Shown here in pieces: positions 47,619 to 57,726 of a stretch of DNA of 64,000 bases. Source of the stretch: Myxococcota bacterium (lineage in GTDB: Bacteria > Myxococcota_A > SURF-8); assembly GCA_963674735.2 (NCBI GenBank), contig CAXXQS010000002.1, forward strand, positions 672,001 through 736,000. The letters are read 5' to 3'. The position numbers and the translations under genes are program-made. The notes beneath the pieces were generated by a model. That model ran no database searches, was not told the origin of the DNA, and saw nothing but the letters and a program-made list of their open reading frames with translations. The first letter of the stretch is position 1. The number at the start of each line of letters is the position of its first letter.

Positions 47619-48929
47619 ATGTTGATCGAGGTCAAAGTACCGGAGGTAGGGGAATCCATCACGGAAGGCACCCTGGTGGAGTGGTTACAGGCGGATGGCG
47701 CGGTCATTGTGGCCGACGATCCGCTTTTCGAGCTTGAAACCGATAAAATCACCATGGAAGTGGTTGCCCAGGAATCGGGACGCCTGAAAATCCTGGTGGA
47801 AGCCGGGGCCTTGGTGCAAATCGATCAGGTGGTCGCCCAGATCGACACCGATGCGGCGACAACCGACTCGCACCCGGCAGTGGCGACACCCGACAAGCCA
47901 CCGACGGAATCCAAAGAACAGCCGCCCCCGGAACCGGCGTCCGAGCCCGCGCCGCCCCTCGCTCCGGCAGCGGGATTCGACCAGGCGCAGGCCAAACTGG
48001 CCGACAGCGCTTCCGCGCCTTTGTCCCCGGCCGTGCGACGGCTGGTCAACGAGCAAAAGCTCGACCCCGGCAGCATCCCCGCCACGGGTCGCGACGGACG
48101 ATTGACCAAAGGCGATGTTCTGACCCACATGAAGACGGACAGCCCCGCCAAGCCTGTGCAGGCACCGACCAAAGCGCAAGCGACCGCTCCGGTCGTCGAA
48201 CCCGTGCAGCCGCCTCCGGCCTCAGACGGTCCGCGTCAAACGCGCCAGCCTCTTTCGCGCCTACGGCAACGCATCGCCGAACGACTGGTGGAAGCGCAGC
48301 AGAACGCCGCCATCCTCACCACCTTCAATGAAGTCGACATGAGTCACGTGATCGAAATGCGCAGTCGCCTGAAAGAAGGCTTTGAGAAAAAACACGGCGT
48401 GCGCCTGGGGTTTATGTCGTTTTTCGTTAAAGCGGCCGTGGACGCACTCAAAACCGTTCCGTCCCTCAACGCCCAGATCGATGGCGATACCCTCATCCAA
48501 AATCACTTCTACGACATCGGCGTGGCAGTGGGCACCGAACGGGGCCTAGTGGTACCGGTTCTGCGCGATTGCGACACCCAAAGCTTCGCCGACATCGAAA
48601 AGGGCATCGGCGAATATGCTGCGAAAGTCAAAAACAAAACCATCAATCTGCAAGACCTGTCGGGGGGCGTTTTCACCATCAGCAACGGCGGCGTCTACGG
48701 TTCCCTGATGTCGACACCGATTCTGAATCCGCCCCAAAGCGGCATTCTCGGCATGCACGCCACGAAAAAGCGGGCGGTGGTGGTGGACGACCAAATCGTA
48801 ATCCGCCCCATGATGTATCTTGCATTATCTTACGATCATCGTATTGTAGACGGAAAAGATGCCGTCACGTTCCTGAAGCGGATCGTCGAATGCATCGAAA
48901 ACCCGGAACGCATGCTTTTGGAGGCGTAG
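47619..48929 (+). CDS. sucB: Dihydrolipoyllysine-residue succinyltransferase E2
   Basis: Lipoyl motif ETDK, TGRDGRLTKGD, SYDHRIVDG. Confidence 0.97.
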   Translation: MLIEVKVPEVGESITEGTLVEWLQADGAVIVADDPLFELETDKITMEVVAQESGRLKILVEAGALVQIDQVVAQIDTDAATTDSHPAVATPDKPPTESKEQPPPEPASEPAPPLAPAAGFDQAQAKLADSASAPLSPAVRRLVNEQKLDPGSIPATGRDGRLTKGDVLTHMKTDSPAKPVQAPTKAQATAPVVEPVQPPPASDGPRQTRQPLSRLRQRIAERLVEAQQNAAILTTFNEVDMSHVIEMRSRLKEGFEKKHGVRLGFMSFFVKAAVDALKTVPSLNAQIDGDTLIQNHFYDIGVAVGTERGLVVPVLRDCDTQSFADIEKGIGEYAAKVKNKTINLQDLSGGVFTISNGGVYGSLMSTPILNPPQSGILGMHATKKRAVVVDDQIVIRPMMYLALSYDHRIVDGKDAVTFLKRIVECIENPERMLLEA

Positions 48930-48932
48930 AGT

Positions 48933-50330
48933 ATGGAGCGGTTTGATCTGGTCATCATCGGAGCGGGGCCCGGCGGCTATGTGGCCGCCATTCGGGCCGG
49001 ACAGTTGGGATTGAAAACGGCGCTGGTGGAAAAAGAATCCAAACTCGGGGGCACCTGCCTGCGGGTGGGCTGCATTCCGTCGAAAGCACTGCTTGAATCG
49101 AGCGAACTCTATCACCAGGCGACGCACCGCCTCAGTGAACACGGGATCCAAGCCGACGGCCTGCGTTTCGATCTGCCCACGATGCTGGAACGCAAAACGC
49201 GTATCGTGGATGAACTGACCGCCGGGATCAAAGTTCTGATGAAGAAAAACAAGGCTATCGTGTTTGCCGGTACCGGTCGTTTGGCGGGAGACGGAAAAGT
49301 CGTCGTCAGCCAAGAAGGCGAGGAAACGACTTTACAGGCAGACGCCGTTTTGTTGGCCACGGGAAGCGTCCCGGTGGAATTGCCGAACCTGCCCTTCGAC
49401 GGTCAACACATCGTGTCATCCACGGAAGCACTGGCCTTCGAAACGGTTCCCAAACACCTGGTCGTCATCGGCGGCGGAGCCATCGGACTCGAATTGGGGA
49501 GCGTGTGGGGACGCCTCGGCGCCAAGGTGACGGTGATCGAAATGATGCCGCGGATCGCTCCTTTCGCCGACAGCCAGGCCTCGCAGATCCTGGCACGTAC
49601 GCTCAAACAACAGGGACTCGACATTCGTGTCAATACCAAGCTGCTGGGCGCGAAAGTGACGACCGATGGGGTGCAAGTCAGCGTTGAAGACGTCAAGGGT
49701 AAAACGGAAGAACTCACCGCCGACAAGCTGTTGGTGGCGGTGGGCCGCCGTCCGTTCAGCACCGGACTAGGCCTCGATGAGGTCGGCGTACACCGCGATG
49801 AAAAAGGCCGGGTGGAGGTGAACGAGCGCTTCCAGACGAGCGTCCCGGGCGTATATGCCATCGGCGACCTGGTGCGCGGCCCGATGCTGGCCCACAAAGC
49901 CGAAGAAGAAGGCGTTGCGGTAGCCGAAGTCCTGGCCGGAAAACCGGGTCATGTCAACTACGAAGCCATTCCCAATGTCATCTACACCGATCCCGAATTG
50001 GCCCAGGTGGGGCTGACCGAAGATGAAGCCAAGGCAGCCGGACACACGGTCAAAGCGGGCAAGTTTTTCTTCAAATCGAATGGTCGTGCTAAAACGATGG
50101 ATGCCACCGACGGCTTCGCCAAGGTGGTCGCCGACGCCGAAACCGACAAGGTTCTGGGTGTTCACATTGTCGGCCCGCACGCATCCGAACTGATCGCCGA
50201 AGCGGTGTTGGGGGCCGAATTCCAGGCCAGCGCCGAAGATATCGGTCGCACCACCCACGCCCATCCCACATTGTCGGAGGTGCTGAAAGAAGCCGCCCTG
50301 GCGGTGGACAAACGCGCCATTCACGGCTGA
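48933..50330 (+). CDS. lpdA: Dihydrolipoyl dehydrogenase E3
   Basis: GAGPGG, GGTCLRVGCIPSK, HAHPTLSE. Confidence 0.97.
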   Translation: MERFDLVIIGAGPGGYVAAIRAGQLGLKTALVEKESKLGGTCLRVGCIPSKALLESSELYHQATHRLSEHGIQADGLRFDLPTMLERKTRIVDELTAGIKVLMKKNKAIVFAGTGRLAGDGKVVVSQEGEETTLQADAVLLATGSVPVELPNLPFDGQHIVSSTEALAFETVPKHLVVIGGGAIGLELGSVWGRLGAKVTVIEMMPRIAPFADSQASQILARTLKQQGLDIRVNTKLLGAKVTTDGVQVSVEDVKGKTEELTADKLLVAVGRRPFSTGLGLDEVGVHRDEKGRVEVNERFQTSVPGVYAIGDLVRGPMLAHKAEEEGVAVAEVLAGKPGHVNYEAIPNVIYTDPELAQVGLTEDEAKAAGHTVKAGKFFFKSNGRAKTMDATDGFAKVVADAETDKVLGVHIVGPHASELIAEAVLGAEFQASAEDIGRTTHAHPTLSEVLKEAALAVDKRAIHG

Positions 50331-50351
50331 CATTTCAACAGTCCATAAACC

Positions 50352-50384
50352 AAGCGGACCGCCCCCTGGACGGTCCGCTTTTTT
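50352..50384 (+). terminator. Rho-independent terminator after lpdA (between convergent lpdA and xth)
   Basis: AAGCGGACCG/CGGTCCGCTT stem followed by a T-run. Confidence 0.85.
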
Positions 50385-50422
50385 ATATGCCACGAATCCA
50401 GACAGTGATGATCTTCGAAAGT

Positions 50423-51184
50423 TTACAACTTCAGGTCCACGGTAATGGGGCAATGATCGGAGCCCAAAACCTCGGGTAGGATTCCCGCCGCCTTGACCTG
50501 CGGAATGAATTCGTTGTTCACACAGGCAACATCGATACGCCAGCCCACATTCCGCTCACGCGCCCGGGCGCGATAGGACCACCAGGTGTAGTGCTCCGGT
50601 TCCGAATTGAAAAGCCGGAAGGTATCGGCATAACCGGCCTCCAGAAAACGGGTCAGCGCCTGGCGTTCCTCGATGTAATATCCGGCGGAATTCTCGTTGG
50701 CCTTCGGACGAGCCAGATCGATCTCGGTATGGGCGATGTTGTAATCTCCGACCACCAGCACGTGCCGTCCCTCTTTGACAAGCTGCTCGCAAAAAGCCTG
50801 CATGGCGTCGCAGAACGCCACTTTATAGTCGATGCGTGCCCGTTCGGGTTGACTGTTCGGGTAATAAGCGTTGACCAACACGAAATCGCCCAGGTCGGCG
50901 ACTTGCACACGCCCTTCGACATCAAAGGCTTCGACTCCCAGTACGCCCACTGAAAGCGGCGGTGTTTTGGCAAAGATCGCCGTTCCCGAGTAGCCTTTGC
51001 GTTCGGCCGACTGCCAGTAGGTGGTATAGCCCTCCGGTTCAAGCAAAGCCGCACTCAGTTGCTCCGACTGCGCTTTGGTCTCTTGCACACACAAAAAATC
51101 CGGCTGTTGTTCGTACAGGAAATCCAGAAAGCCTTTCTTTTCGCAGGCGCGAATGCCATTTACGTTCCATGAAATGATACGCAT
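50423..51184 (-). CDS. xth: Exodeoxyribonuclease III
   Basis: ISWNVNGIRA, QETK, GDYNIAH, YTWWSYR, GWRID, SDHCP. Confidence 0.95.
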   Translation of the reverse strand: MRIISWNVNGIRACEKKGFLDFLYEQQPDFLCVQETKAQSEQLSAALLEPEGYTTYWQSAERKGYSGTAIFAKTPPLSVGVLGVEAFDVEGRVQVADLGDFVLVNAYYPNSQPERARIDYKVAFCDAMQAFCEQLVKEGRHVLVVGDYNIAHTEIDLARPKANENSAGYYIEERQALTRFLEAGYADTFRLFNSEPEHYTWWSYRARARERNVGWRIDVACVNNEFIPQVKAAGILPEVLGSDHCPITVDLKL

Positions 51185-51371
51185 ACCCTGTTTGCTCCTT
51201 GCTATCAGTGCCATCCAGCAGTCAGCCGCCGACCGGCCGTCCATAGCATACCGATTTCAGCGGTGGCTGTCACGCCCATGCCCCATTTTACTGATTTTTC
51301 ATCCGTTTAAGATTGACAGCCCGGCCTGTGCTTGGCACACTTGCCGAAACACAAACGACCAGGAACAGTTG

Positions 51372-52073
51372 ATGACGCAAACGCCCACTCACCCGGCCTC
51401 GATTCCCTTGCGGCTGCAACTCCGCCTCGACATTCTCAATTCCAAAAGCGAAGACGAATCGGCGCTCTTGATGTCGGCGGACCGCCATAAACTGGTGTTT
51501 CGCGCTCACCGACCCTTTGCCCCCGACGAAACCATCACGATCATCGCCGAGCCAAGCATGCAGCATCAGTACCGTTTTGACACGCATATCGTGCACTCTC
51601 AGCGCATCCTGATCCCGGAGCAGCAGCTGGACTATTTTGAAATCCACGCCGAGGTGGGAACAAACGAGGATCAATACCTGGAGTTTCTAACCGGCTTACA
51701 CCAAACCTGCCAAGAACTGGGTGAAGATGTGCGGCTGTATGTCCGGCTGCCGGTAACTCTGGCTCACAACAATCGAGCCATCAACACTCACTGCGAAAAT
51801 ATCAGCGTGGGCGGCGCATTCATCGAATATGACGCACACACCGACCTGCCCAAACCGAAATCGGACATCGACCTGTCGATCGGCGGTGCCGAATCCACCA
51901 GTCCCTGCTTCAAGGGCAAAGGAAATGTGCTGTACACCATCACCCCACAAGATGCCGAACGCTTCGGCGTACAGCCCGGTTTGGGAATCCGCTTGCATTT
52001 CGACGAATCGACCCGGCAGCAGTGGACCGATTATGTCGAGACACTTCGCCGCGAAGCTTTGGCCACTTCCTAG
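51372..52073 (+). CDS. PilZ-like domain protein
   Basis: ENISVGGAFI and GLGIRL motifs in the C-terminal domain; upstream TTGACA-17-CACACT. Confidence 0.65.
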   Translation: MTQTPTHPASIPLRLQLRLDILNSKSEDESALLMSADRHKLVFRAHRPFAPDETITIIAEPSMQHQYRFDTHIVHSQRILIPEQQLDYFEIHAEVGTNEDQYLEFLTGLHQTCQELGEDVRLYVRLPVTLAHNNRAINTHCENISVGGAFIEYDAHTDLPKPKSDIDLSIGGAESTSPCFKGKGNVLYTITPQDAERFGVQPGLGIRLHFDESTRQQWTDYVETLRREALATS

Positions 52074-52127
52074 CGCCGTCCTTGCCGCCGCCTTCACATC
52101 GTGCTAAACCATGCACAGGAGGTGGAG

Positions 52128-54257
52128 ATGTCAACCCTCAGTTATTTCACTCGCTTTTTAACGATCCTCGCGACGCTTGGCGTTCTGTCGATTGCGGCTT
52201 GTCAGCCGCCCCAGACCGAAACCGCGCAACCCGCGGAGGCGGATCGTGAAAAAGCCTCCGTTGTCTGTTCGCAAGATGCAACGCGCTGCCTGGAGGGCCG
52301 CCGTCTTCAACACTGTCAGGATAACGCTTGGGTCGCCGTGGGCGACTGTGCATTCGATGAAGGTTGTGACAACACTTCGCCGCCCGTTTGTCGACCTTTA
52401 ACCCTGGGTCCAACCAACACCCTCGACCCGCTACCGGAATCGGCCGCATTGAGCGATATCGAAAGCCTGTTCGCACCCGTGATGAGCACCCCCGTCTGTC
52501 GCATGTTGACGGCGCGCGTCCGAAGTGGACAAGCCATCCTCACCGATAGCCGACGAATCGGCCTAGAGGGGGCACAGAAAGCCCGTTTGTTCCGCTGTGC
52601 CCTGGCATTGGCGGTGGAAGAAATCCGCCGTTTGTCGCCTGCCGATCCGGCATTGGCCGACTTGGACCGGACTATCGTCCAGTTGCGTGAGGAAGGTTAC
52701 GAAACGGACTATCGTCTGGAAACGATCGTCTCGGCACCGCATTCCGACCGACCGACCGACCTGCCCCTTGCCGAGTTGGCCTTTCAACTGACCTCACTCC
52801 CCAGCACCGGCATCGCCCAAGCCTCCCGGCTCGATGTGGCAAGCATCCCCGATCCCAAGGTCCAGCTGTTCGTCAGTTACCGCAGTAAAAGCCCGGATGG
52901 AAAGCAAACCCTGGTAATGGGTCTCAAAGAGTTGCTACGTCGTCTGAAATCCGGCCTCAGCGCGTTCTTCGATACCGAACGTTATCGTGACGCCACCGCC
53001 ATCGCCGCCGACCCGACGGTCCCCGAACTGATCCGAAAAGTGGTCCATCGCATTGCACTCCCCAAACAGATGCTGGCTTGCGATCCCGATTGCGTCGAGC
53101 TTGTCCGGAATTTGCTTCCGGATTTGAAGCGTTGGGCGCGCAACGGCGGAAAACAGGCCGACATCGAAAGCCGCCTATCCGCACTCACCGAGACCGAACG
53201 CCACGCGCTGTCACCCGGTATCGGCCTTCTGGCTGCGGCTCAAATGCTCAGCCAGGGCGGTTGGCTCGATCCACCGTTGCGACCGGATCAACGGCTCGCT
53301 GTGGCGGACTGGATGCGGATATGGCAAGCGGCGGCAGGTGATGCGGCCTTTGCCCGGAATCTCTGGGCGCTTCTTCGGGCCGCGCCCCCCGAATTTGCCA
53401 GCTTCCGCATCGGCTTCAATCGACTTCCCGCCGAATACCTGCGCGAACGGGTGATTCCAACACTCAACCAACCGCTCCAGGATAATCTGGCCCAGATCCT
53501 CCCGATTTGGGTGAACCGGGATCGTCTGGTGGCGGAACGCGAATTGATTCTGCGCTACCCGAGCTATCGAAAAAACACCAAACAGCGCGATTTCATTCTC
53601 GATCTCATCGGACACAGCCCCACTCGATCCGCCCTGCCTTTCCTGCTCGACCGTCTGAAGGAAGGCATCGCAACCCCAACCACCTTACAGGCTCTATTAC
53701 GGAATTCGTCAAGTAAAACAAAAGTGTATGACTTGCTACCGGATCGTTTGCCAAAATTACCCAACGACGCCGTTCTGACCGCATTGAACGATCTCTTCCA
53801 TCATGTCAGCACCCGACCGGATTTCGCCACTCATCCGCTGATACCGGTTTTGCGTAAATTGTACGATAACTCGCGTCATTTCGATGTGTTCCGCACCACT
53901 CATGCCTTGCTCAAACGGGCCGAGATCGGCCCTGAGTGGACATGGCCGAGCCGTCCGGGCGTCATCGACACCTTCGTCACTTCAGACGCCGACGAAAGCG
54001 GCCACAGCGCGCTATACGATGCCGCTCTGGCCAGCATTCCCAACGCCGATGAAGATTTCATGATCGCCCTCTTGCACTACGCCAACCTGGTCAACCCCAT
54101 CAAACGCCCACGCCTCGCCCGCTTTTTGTCGGATGTACCGGGAGACCTTGCGATGCACGAAAACGTCTTGCGGCGTGTCATACGCTGCACGGACACTCCC
54201 GAGTGGGCCGACCTGGCCAAGCAGGCGCTGGATGGCTTGGAAACTCGTAAACCCTAG
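52128..54257 (+). CDS. Hypothetical lipoprotein: N-terminal Cys module plus helical body
   Basis: AGGAGG SD; lipobox IAAC; CSQDATRC…C…W…C…C module. Confidence 0.65.
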   Translation: MSTLSYFTRFLTILATLGVLSIAACQPPQTETAQPAEADREKASVVCSQDATRCLEGRRLQHCQDNAWVAVGDCAFDEGCDNTSPPVCRPLTLGPTNTLDPLPESAALSDIESLFAPVMSTPVCRMLTARVRSGQAILTDSRRIGLEGAQKARLFRCALALAVEEIRRLSPADPALADLDRTIVQLREEGYETDYRLETIVSAPHSDRPTDLPLAELAFQLTSLPSTGIAQASRLDVASIPDPKVQLFVSYRSKSPDGKQTLVMGLKELLRRLKSGLSAFFDTERYRDATAIAADPTVPELIRKVVHRIALPKQMLACDPDCVELVRNLLPDLKRWARNGGKQADIESRLSALTETERHALSPGIGLLAAAQMLSQGGWLDPPLRPDQRLAVADWMRIWQAAAGDAAFARNLWALLRAAPPEFASFRIGFNRLPAEYLRERVIPTLNQPLQDNLAQILPIWVNRDRLVAERELILRYPSYRKNTKQRDFILDLIGHSPTRSALPFLLDRLKEGIATPTTLQALLRNSSSKTKVYDLLPDRLPKLPNDAVLTALNDLFHHVSTRPDFATHPLIPVLRKLYDNSRHFDVFRTTHALLKRAEIGPEWTWPSRPGVIDTFVTSDADESGHSALYDAALASIPNADEDFMIALLHYANLVNPIKRPRLARFLSDVPGDLAMHENVLRRVIRCTDTPEWADLAKQALDGLETRKP

Positions 54258-54264
54258 ATTTTGC

Positions 54265-55176
54265 TTAAGGAAATTGAACCTGTAGCGCCACCAGGTAGTA
54301 AGGATCAAGCAGGTCTCGGAAGCGTTTTTCAAGCGGAATGCTCGCCTCGAAACGAATCACCGCCCATTTGTACTGCGCTCGCGGGCCGATCGTCACGGCG
54401 TGCAAGGAACGCGGCCGCCGGATCGGCAAACCGAGAAGATCTCCCAAATTGGCTCCCGAAGAATTCGGGTCGACAAGACCAGTCAGGCTGGCATTGAGTT
54501 CCACATAACCGAACAAATCATAGCCCAAACCCAAACCGTAATTCAGCAACCAGTTGTTATCCTTACGATTCAGCGCATCGCGTTCGCGAACCAACGGTGC
54601 CCAGGTAAAGCCGCCCTCGACCTGAGCGAAGAAGCCATGGGTCTGAAAGCATGCAGCCAACTCCGGCGTCACGGGAAAGCTATCCTCAAAGGCATACTGA
54701 AACCGATAATGCCAATGAGAGAGGATGGCCCGGCGCGGGTCTTGCGGAAGCCCGAAATCGACGGAATCCGCCCGTTCGTAAGTCGGCATGTACAAACGCA
54801 GACCGAAACCGAGCGACACCCACTCGGCCAAGTCAAGCCGGTAGCTCCCTCCCACAAGGATATTACCGCGAATGAAGTTGTCGGCCCCGTCCACACCGCT
54901 ATAGCCGGAAAACGGAACCGCCAGCCGCAGGTGCCAGCCTTGAGCGACATTCACATCCGCCGCCAACAGATAATGCTGAAAATGCGCCGGAAGCGGCTCG
55001 TTCATCCATCCGGCCGCAACTTCCAGCTCGATGCGGCTGCGCTCCGAATAGTCCGTCAGACGCAGCGGATGCGCTCCGAAGGCGTCAACAGCCGGATATA
55101 CAAAGAAAAACGTCCAGACCAGAACGGCAAACCGCAACAGGTCGTGTAGCGAAAATTTTGGGCTGGACCGCATCAT
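54265..55176 (-). CDS. Hypothetical outer-membrane beta-barrel protein
   Basis: Signal-like N-terminus, GNILVGGSY, alternating strands, terminal LQVQFP. Confidence 0.55.
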   Translation of the reverse strand: MMRSSPKFSLHDLLRFAVLVWTFFFVYPAVDAFGAHPLRLTDYSERSRIELEVAAGWMNEPLPAHFQHYLLAADVNVAQGWHLRLAVPFSGYSGVDGADNFIRGNILVGGSYRLDLAEWVSLGFGLRLYMPTYERADSVDFGLPQDPRRAILSHWHYRFQYAFEDSFPVTPELAACFQTHGFFAQVEGGFTWAPLVRERDALNRKDNNWLLNYGLGLGYDLFGYVELNASLTGLVDPNSSGANLGDLLGLPIRRPRSLHAVTIGPRAQYKWAVIRFEASIPLEKRFRDLLDPYYLVALQVQFP

Positions 55177-55318
55177 ACTGCATCCCCTTCTTCCATGCCT
55201 GGATTGTAGCAATCGCGGTCCCTGGGAGCAAGGGAAACCGCCGACATATCCCCGTTACGTCCTTGACCCGTCCCAAACGATCTGGTAAGCATCAACGGTA
55301 TCGATGAAAGGATCTTTG

Positions 55319-56047
55319 ATGATTCCCCTGCGCGACACCATCCCCTCGCAAACCGTTCCCGTGGTCAACTACCTGCTGATCGTGGTCAATCTCGCCGTTT
55401 TCGTCTATCAGTTCATGTTGCCGGAAGGAACGAGCCACCAACTCATAACCGATTATGGAATCGTTCCGTTACGCACCGTTCATTTTTTCATCGGCCACGA
55501 TATTTCTTGGCAAGAAGCGCTGCTCCCTCTTTTCAGTTACATGTTTCTGCATGGCGGCGTACTGCATCTCGCTGGGAACACCCTCTATCTCTGGATTTTC
55601 GGCGATAATGTGGAAGACTATTTCGGCCATCTCGGCTATCTCGTTTTCTATTTGCTATCCGGAGTCGGATCGGCGATGATTCACCTGTTGTTGGGCTGGT
55701 CGTCAGACATTCCGACGATTGGCGCCTCGGGCGCCATAGCCGGAGTCATGGGAGCCTACTTGGTCTTGTATCCACGCGCGCGCGTGCTGACCTTGGTACC
55801 TATCTTTATTTTCATTCAAATTATGGAAGTTCCGGCAATCGTATTTCTCGCTTTTTGGATCTTGATTCAATTTATTTCGGTCGGAGGCGGACAGGAAGGC
55901 GTCGCCTGGTGGGCGCATATCGGTGGTTTTTTTGTGGGAATTGCTTTACTGCTCGCCTTTCAGTCAACAAAAGGCGGAAAAGGTTCTCGGGGGCATCATC
56001 GCGGCAATGGGGGAAACGGTGGAGGCCGCGTTATCCATCTCAACTGA
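55319..56047 (+). CDS. Rhomboid family intramembrane serine protease
   Basis: MIPLRD, MFLHGGVLHLAGN, GASGAIAGV (Ser), AWWAHIGGF (His). Confidence 0.93.
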   Translation: MIPLRDTIPSQTVPVVNYLLIVVNLAVFVYQFMLPEGTSHQLITDYGIVPLRTVHFFIGHDISWQEALLPLFSYMFLHGGVLHLAGNTLYLWIFGDNVEDYFGHLGYLVFYLLSGVGSAMIHLLLGWSSDIPTIGASGAIAGVMGAYLVLYPRARVLTLVPIFIFIQIMEVPAIVFLAFWILIQFISVGGGQEGVAWWAHIGGFFVGIALLLAFQSTKGGKGSRGHHRGNGGNGGGRVIHLN

Positions 56048-56080
56048 CAAACGCCGTATCTAAACGAACGAAAGCGAATA

Positions 56081-56446
56081 ATGGAAAAACGGCTCCAATG
56101 GATTCTAATCGGCACCAGTGTGTTCTGGGGCGGAATGCTGGGTGTCTTGCTGATTATCGGACGCTATGAATATCTGGACGGCATCCTCGCCGGCGGAAGC
56201 CTGGGATTGGGCAGCTTCGCTCTTTCAAACTGGCTCGTCCAGCGGATGGGAGCCGAGGTTGAACACCCGATCAAGTTGATCCTGATAATGGCGCTGAAAC
56301 ACCTGGTGGTGTTAGGCGGCGCAATCTTGTTCATCCTGGTTCTGGGAGTCTCGCTGTTCGGATTCGCGCTGGGCTTCGCCTGCCTGCCGCTTGCGGTAGC
56401 CGTTGAATCGCTCTTCGGCCCCGGACGTCCTGCCAAAACAGACTAA
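56081..56446 (+). CDS. ATP synthase subunit I (AtpI)-like 4-TM membrane protein
   Basis: 121 aa, GILAGGSLG, LK in TM3, GFALG pattern. Confidence 0.55.
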   Translation: MEKRLQWILIGTSVFWGGMLGVLLIIGRYEYLDGILAGGSLGLGSFALSNWLVQRMGAEVEHPIKLILIMALKHLVVLGGAILFILVLGVSLFGFALGFACLPLAVAVESLFGPGRPAKTD

Positions 56447-56473
56447 CCCGTTGAAACAACAGGAAATAACACC

Positions 56474-57610
56474 CTATTTCACATCTTCGATGCAGGCATT
56501 ATCCACGCAGATGTAATCAGGCCGACAATCCGAGTTGGGTCCACAGCTGCCCCGGCAGTTGCTATCGTCGAAACAAGAGAAATTGCCCGGGCAAGGGGCC
56601 GGATCTTCACGGGGATTGGGCACACAGCCCGCAAAATTGACGCAATTCTGACCTTCCCATAAGAGATACCCTGAAATACAGGCATCCTGGGGGCAGATCA
56701 CTTCAGCCAGCCACGTTCCCGAAGAACAGCGCTTGTAACCCTGGCCGTGACAGATCTTATCGCTATGATCGTACAACGCGGCCGGATCGCCTTCGGCTAG
56801 ATCCACATGATCGACACAGGTAAAGGAATCGGGGGCGCAATAACGACCGTTATCGTCCCAGTCGAGCTGACACGCGTGGCCGGGCAGACAATCATCCGCC
56901 GTGCTGCAGGGATATCCATCCTGATGATTGGGACGGTCAAGCTCCCAGGCGTCATCATCCGCATCGCCATCCGGTGGCGTATCGCTATCCACGGTATCCG
57001 CATCGCCGTCCGGCGGACCATCTTCCAGGCAGTAATCATCTTGTTCGGGATCGGGGTTGCTGACACAACCCTCGCTACAGGTATTGCGCGGCAATTCAGA
57101 GATCACATAACCGCAATTGGGGTAGTTGCAATCGAATAGTTGCTTGCATTGATAAAGCTGGCTTCCCTTGCACACCATCACATCATGGCTAACCTGACCA
57201 TCTCGACAAAAAACTTGCGAAACGAAATCGCCACACTGTGGGTCGAGGTTATCTCCCGTGCAACCTTCCGCCTCGACGTCACTCTCCGTGGATTCCGCAC
57301 CCTCCACGTCATCGTCGCCGATTTCTTCCCCGTCGCCGTCTATCGTCGGCTCCTCATCCACATCGCCATCCGTCGGCAACAGATCCTGATCCGCATCCCC
57401 ATCCGTCTCGTCGCCATCGGACGGAAGCGGATCATCGCCATCGATAATGCGTTTACATTCCTGATAAACACACTTGAAACCCGCCCCACAATCCGAATCT
57501 TTCAGGCATTCTTGATACGGATCGGCATCGTCGCCGCCTTTACAGGCAACCAACAAGCTCATGAACACAAAGACCATCAGCACGGTCCGGATCAATTCGA
57601 TCATACGCAT
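56474..57610 (-). CDS. Cys-rich lipoprotein with DGD acidic linkers
   Basis: AAGGA SD before MRMIEL; lipobox LVAC; CxxDxDC motifs. Confidence 0.75.
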   Translation of the reverse strand: MRMIELIRTVLMVFVFMSLLVACKGGDDADPYQECLKDSDCGAGFKCVYQECKRIIDGDDPLPSDGDETDGDADQDLLPTDGDVDEEPTIDGDGEEIGDDDVEGAESTESDVEAEGCTGDNLDPQCGDFVSQVFCRDGQVSHDVMVCKGSQLYQCKQLFDCNYPNCGYVISELPRNTCSEGCVSNPDPEQDDYCLEDGPPDGDADTVDSDTPPDGDADDDAWELDRPNHQDGYPCSTADDCLPGHACQLDWDDNGRYCAPDSFTCVDHVDLAEGDPAALYDHSDKICHGQGYKRCSSGTWLAEVICPQDACISGYLLWEGQNCVNFAGCVPNPREDPAPCPGNFSCFDDSNCRGSCGPNSDCRPDYICVDNACIEDVK

Positions 57611-57726
57611 CGGACATCCTTCTTTCACAACAGGTGGTCTGGCGAACCCTACCGTAATCGTAGAATTATACCACATTGTGCGCAGGGTGCAAAAGGAGAC
57701 GTCAGGTTGAAGAAAGAATCGAGGGT

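Noticed and set aside
55319-56047. Rhomboid as a rhombosortase for the GGC-tailed protein
   Set aside because: It looks like the general MIPLRD-type rhomboid, lies 32 kb away, and the tail has the MYXO-CTERM Cys rather than a GlyGly-CTERM pattern.
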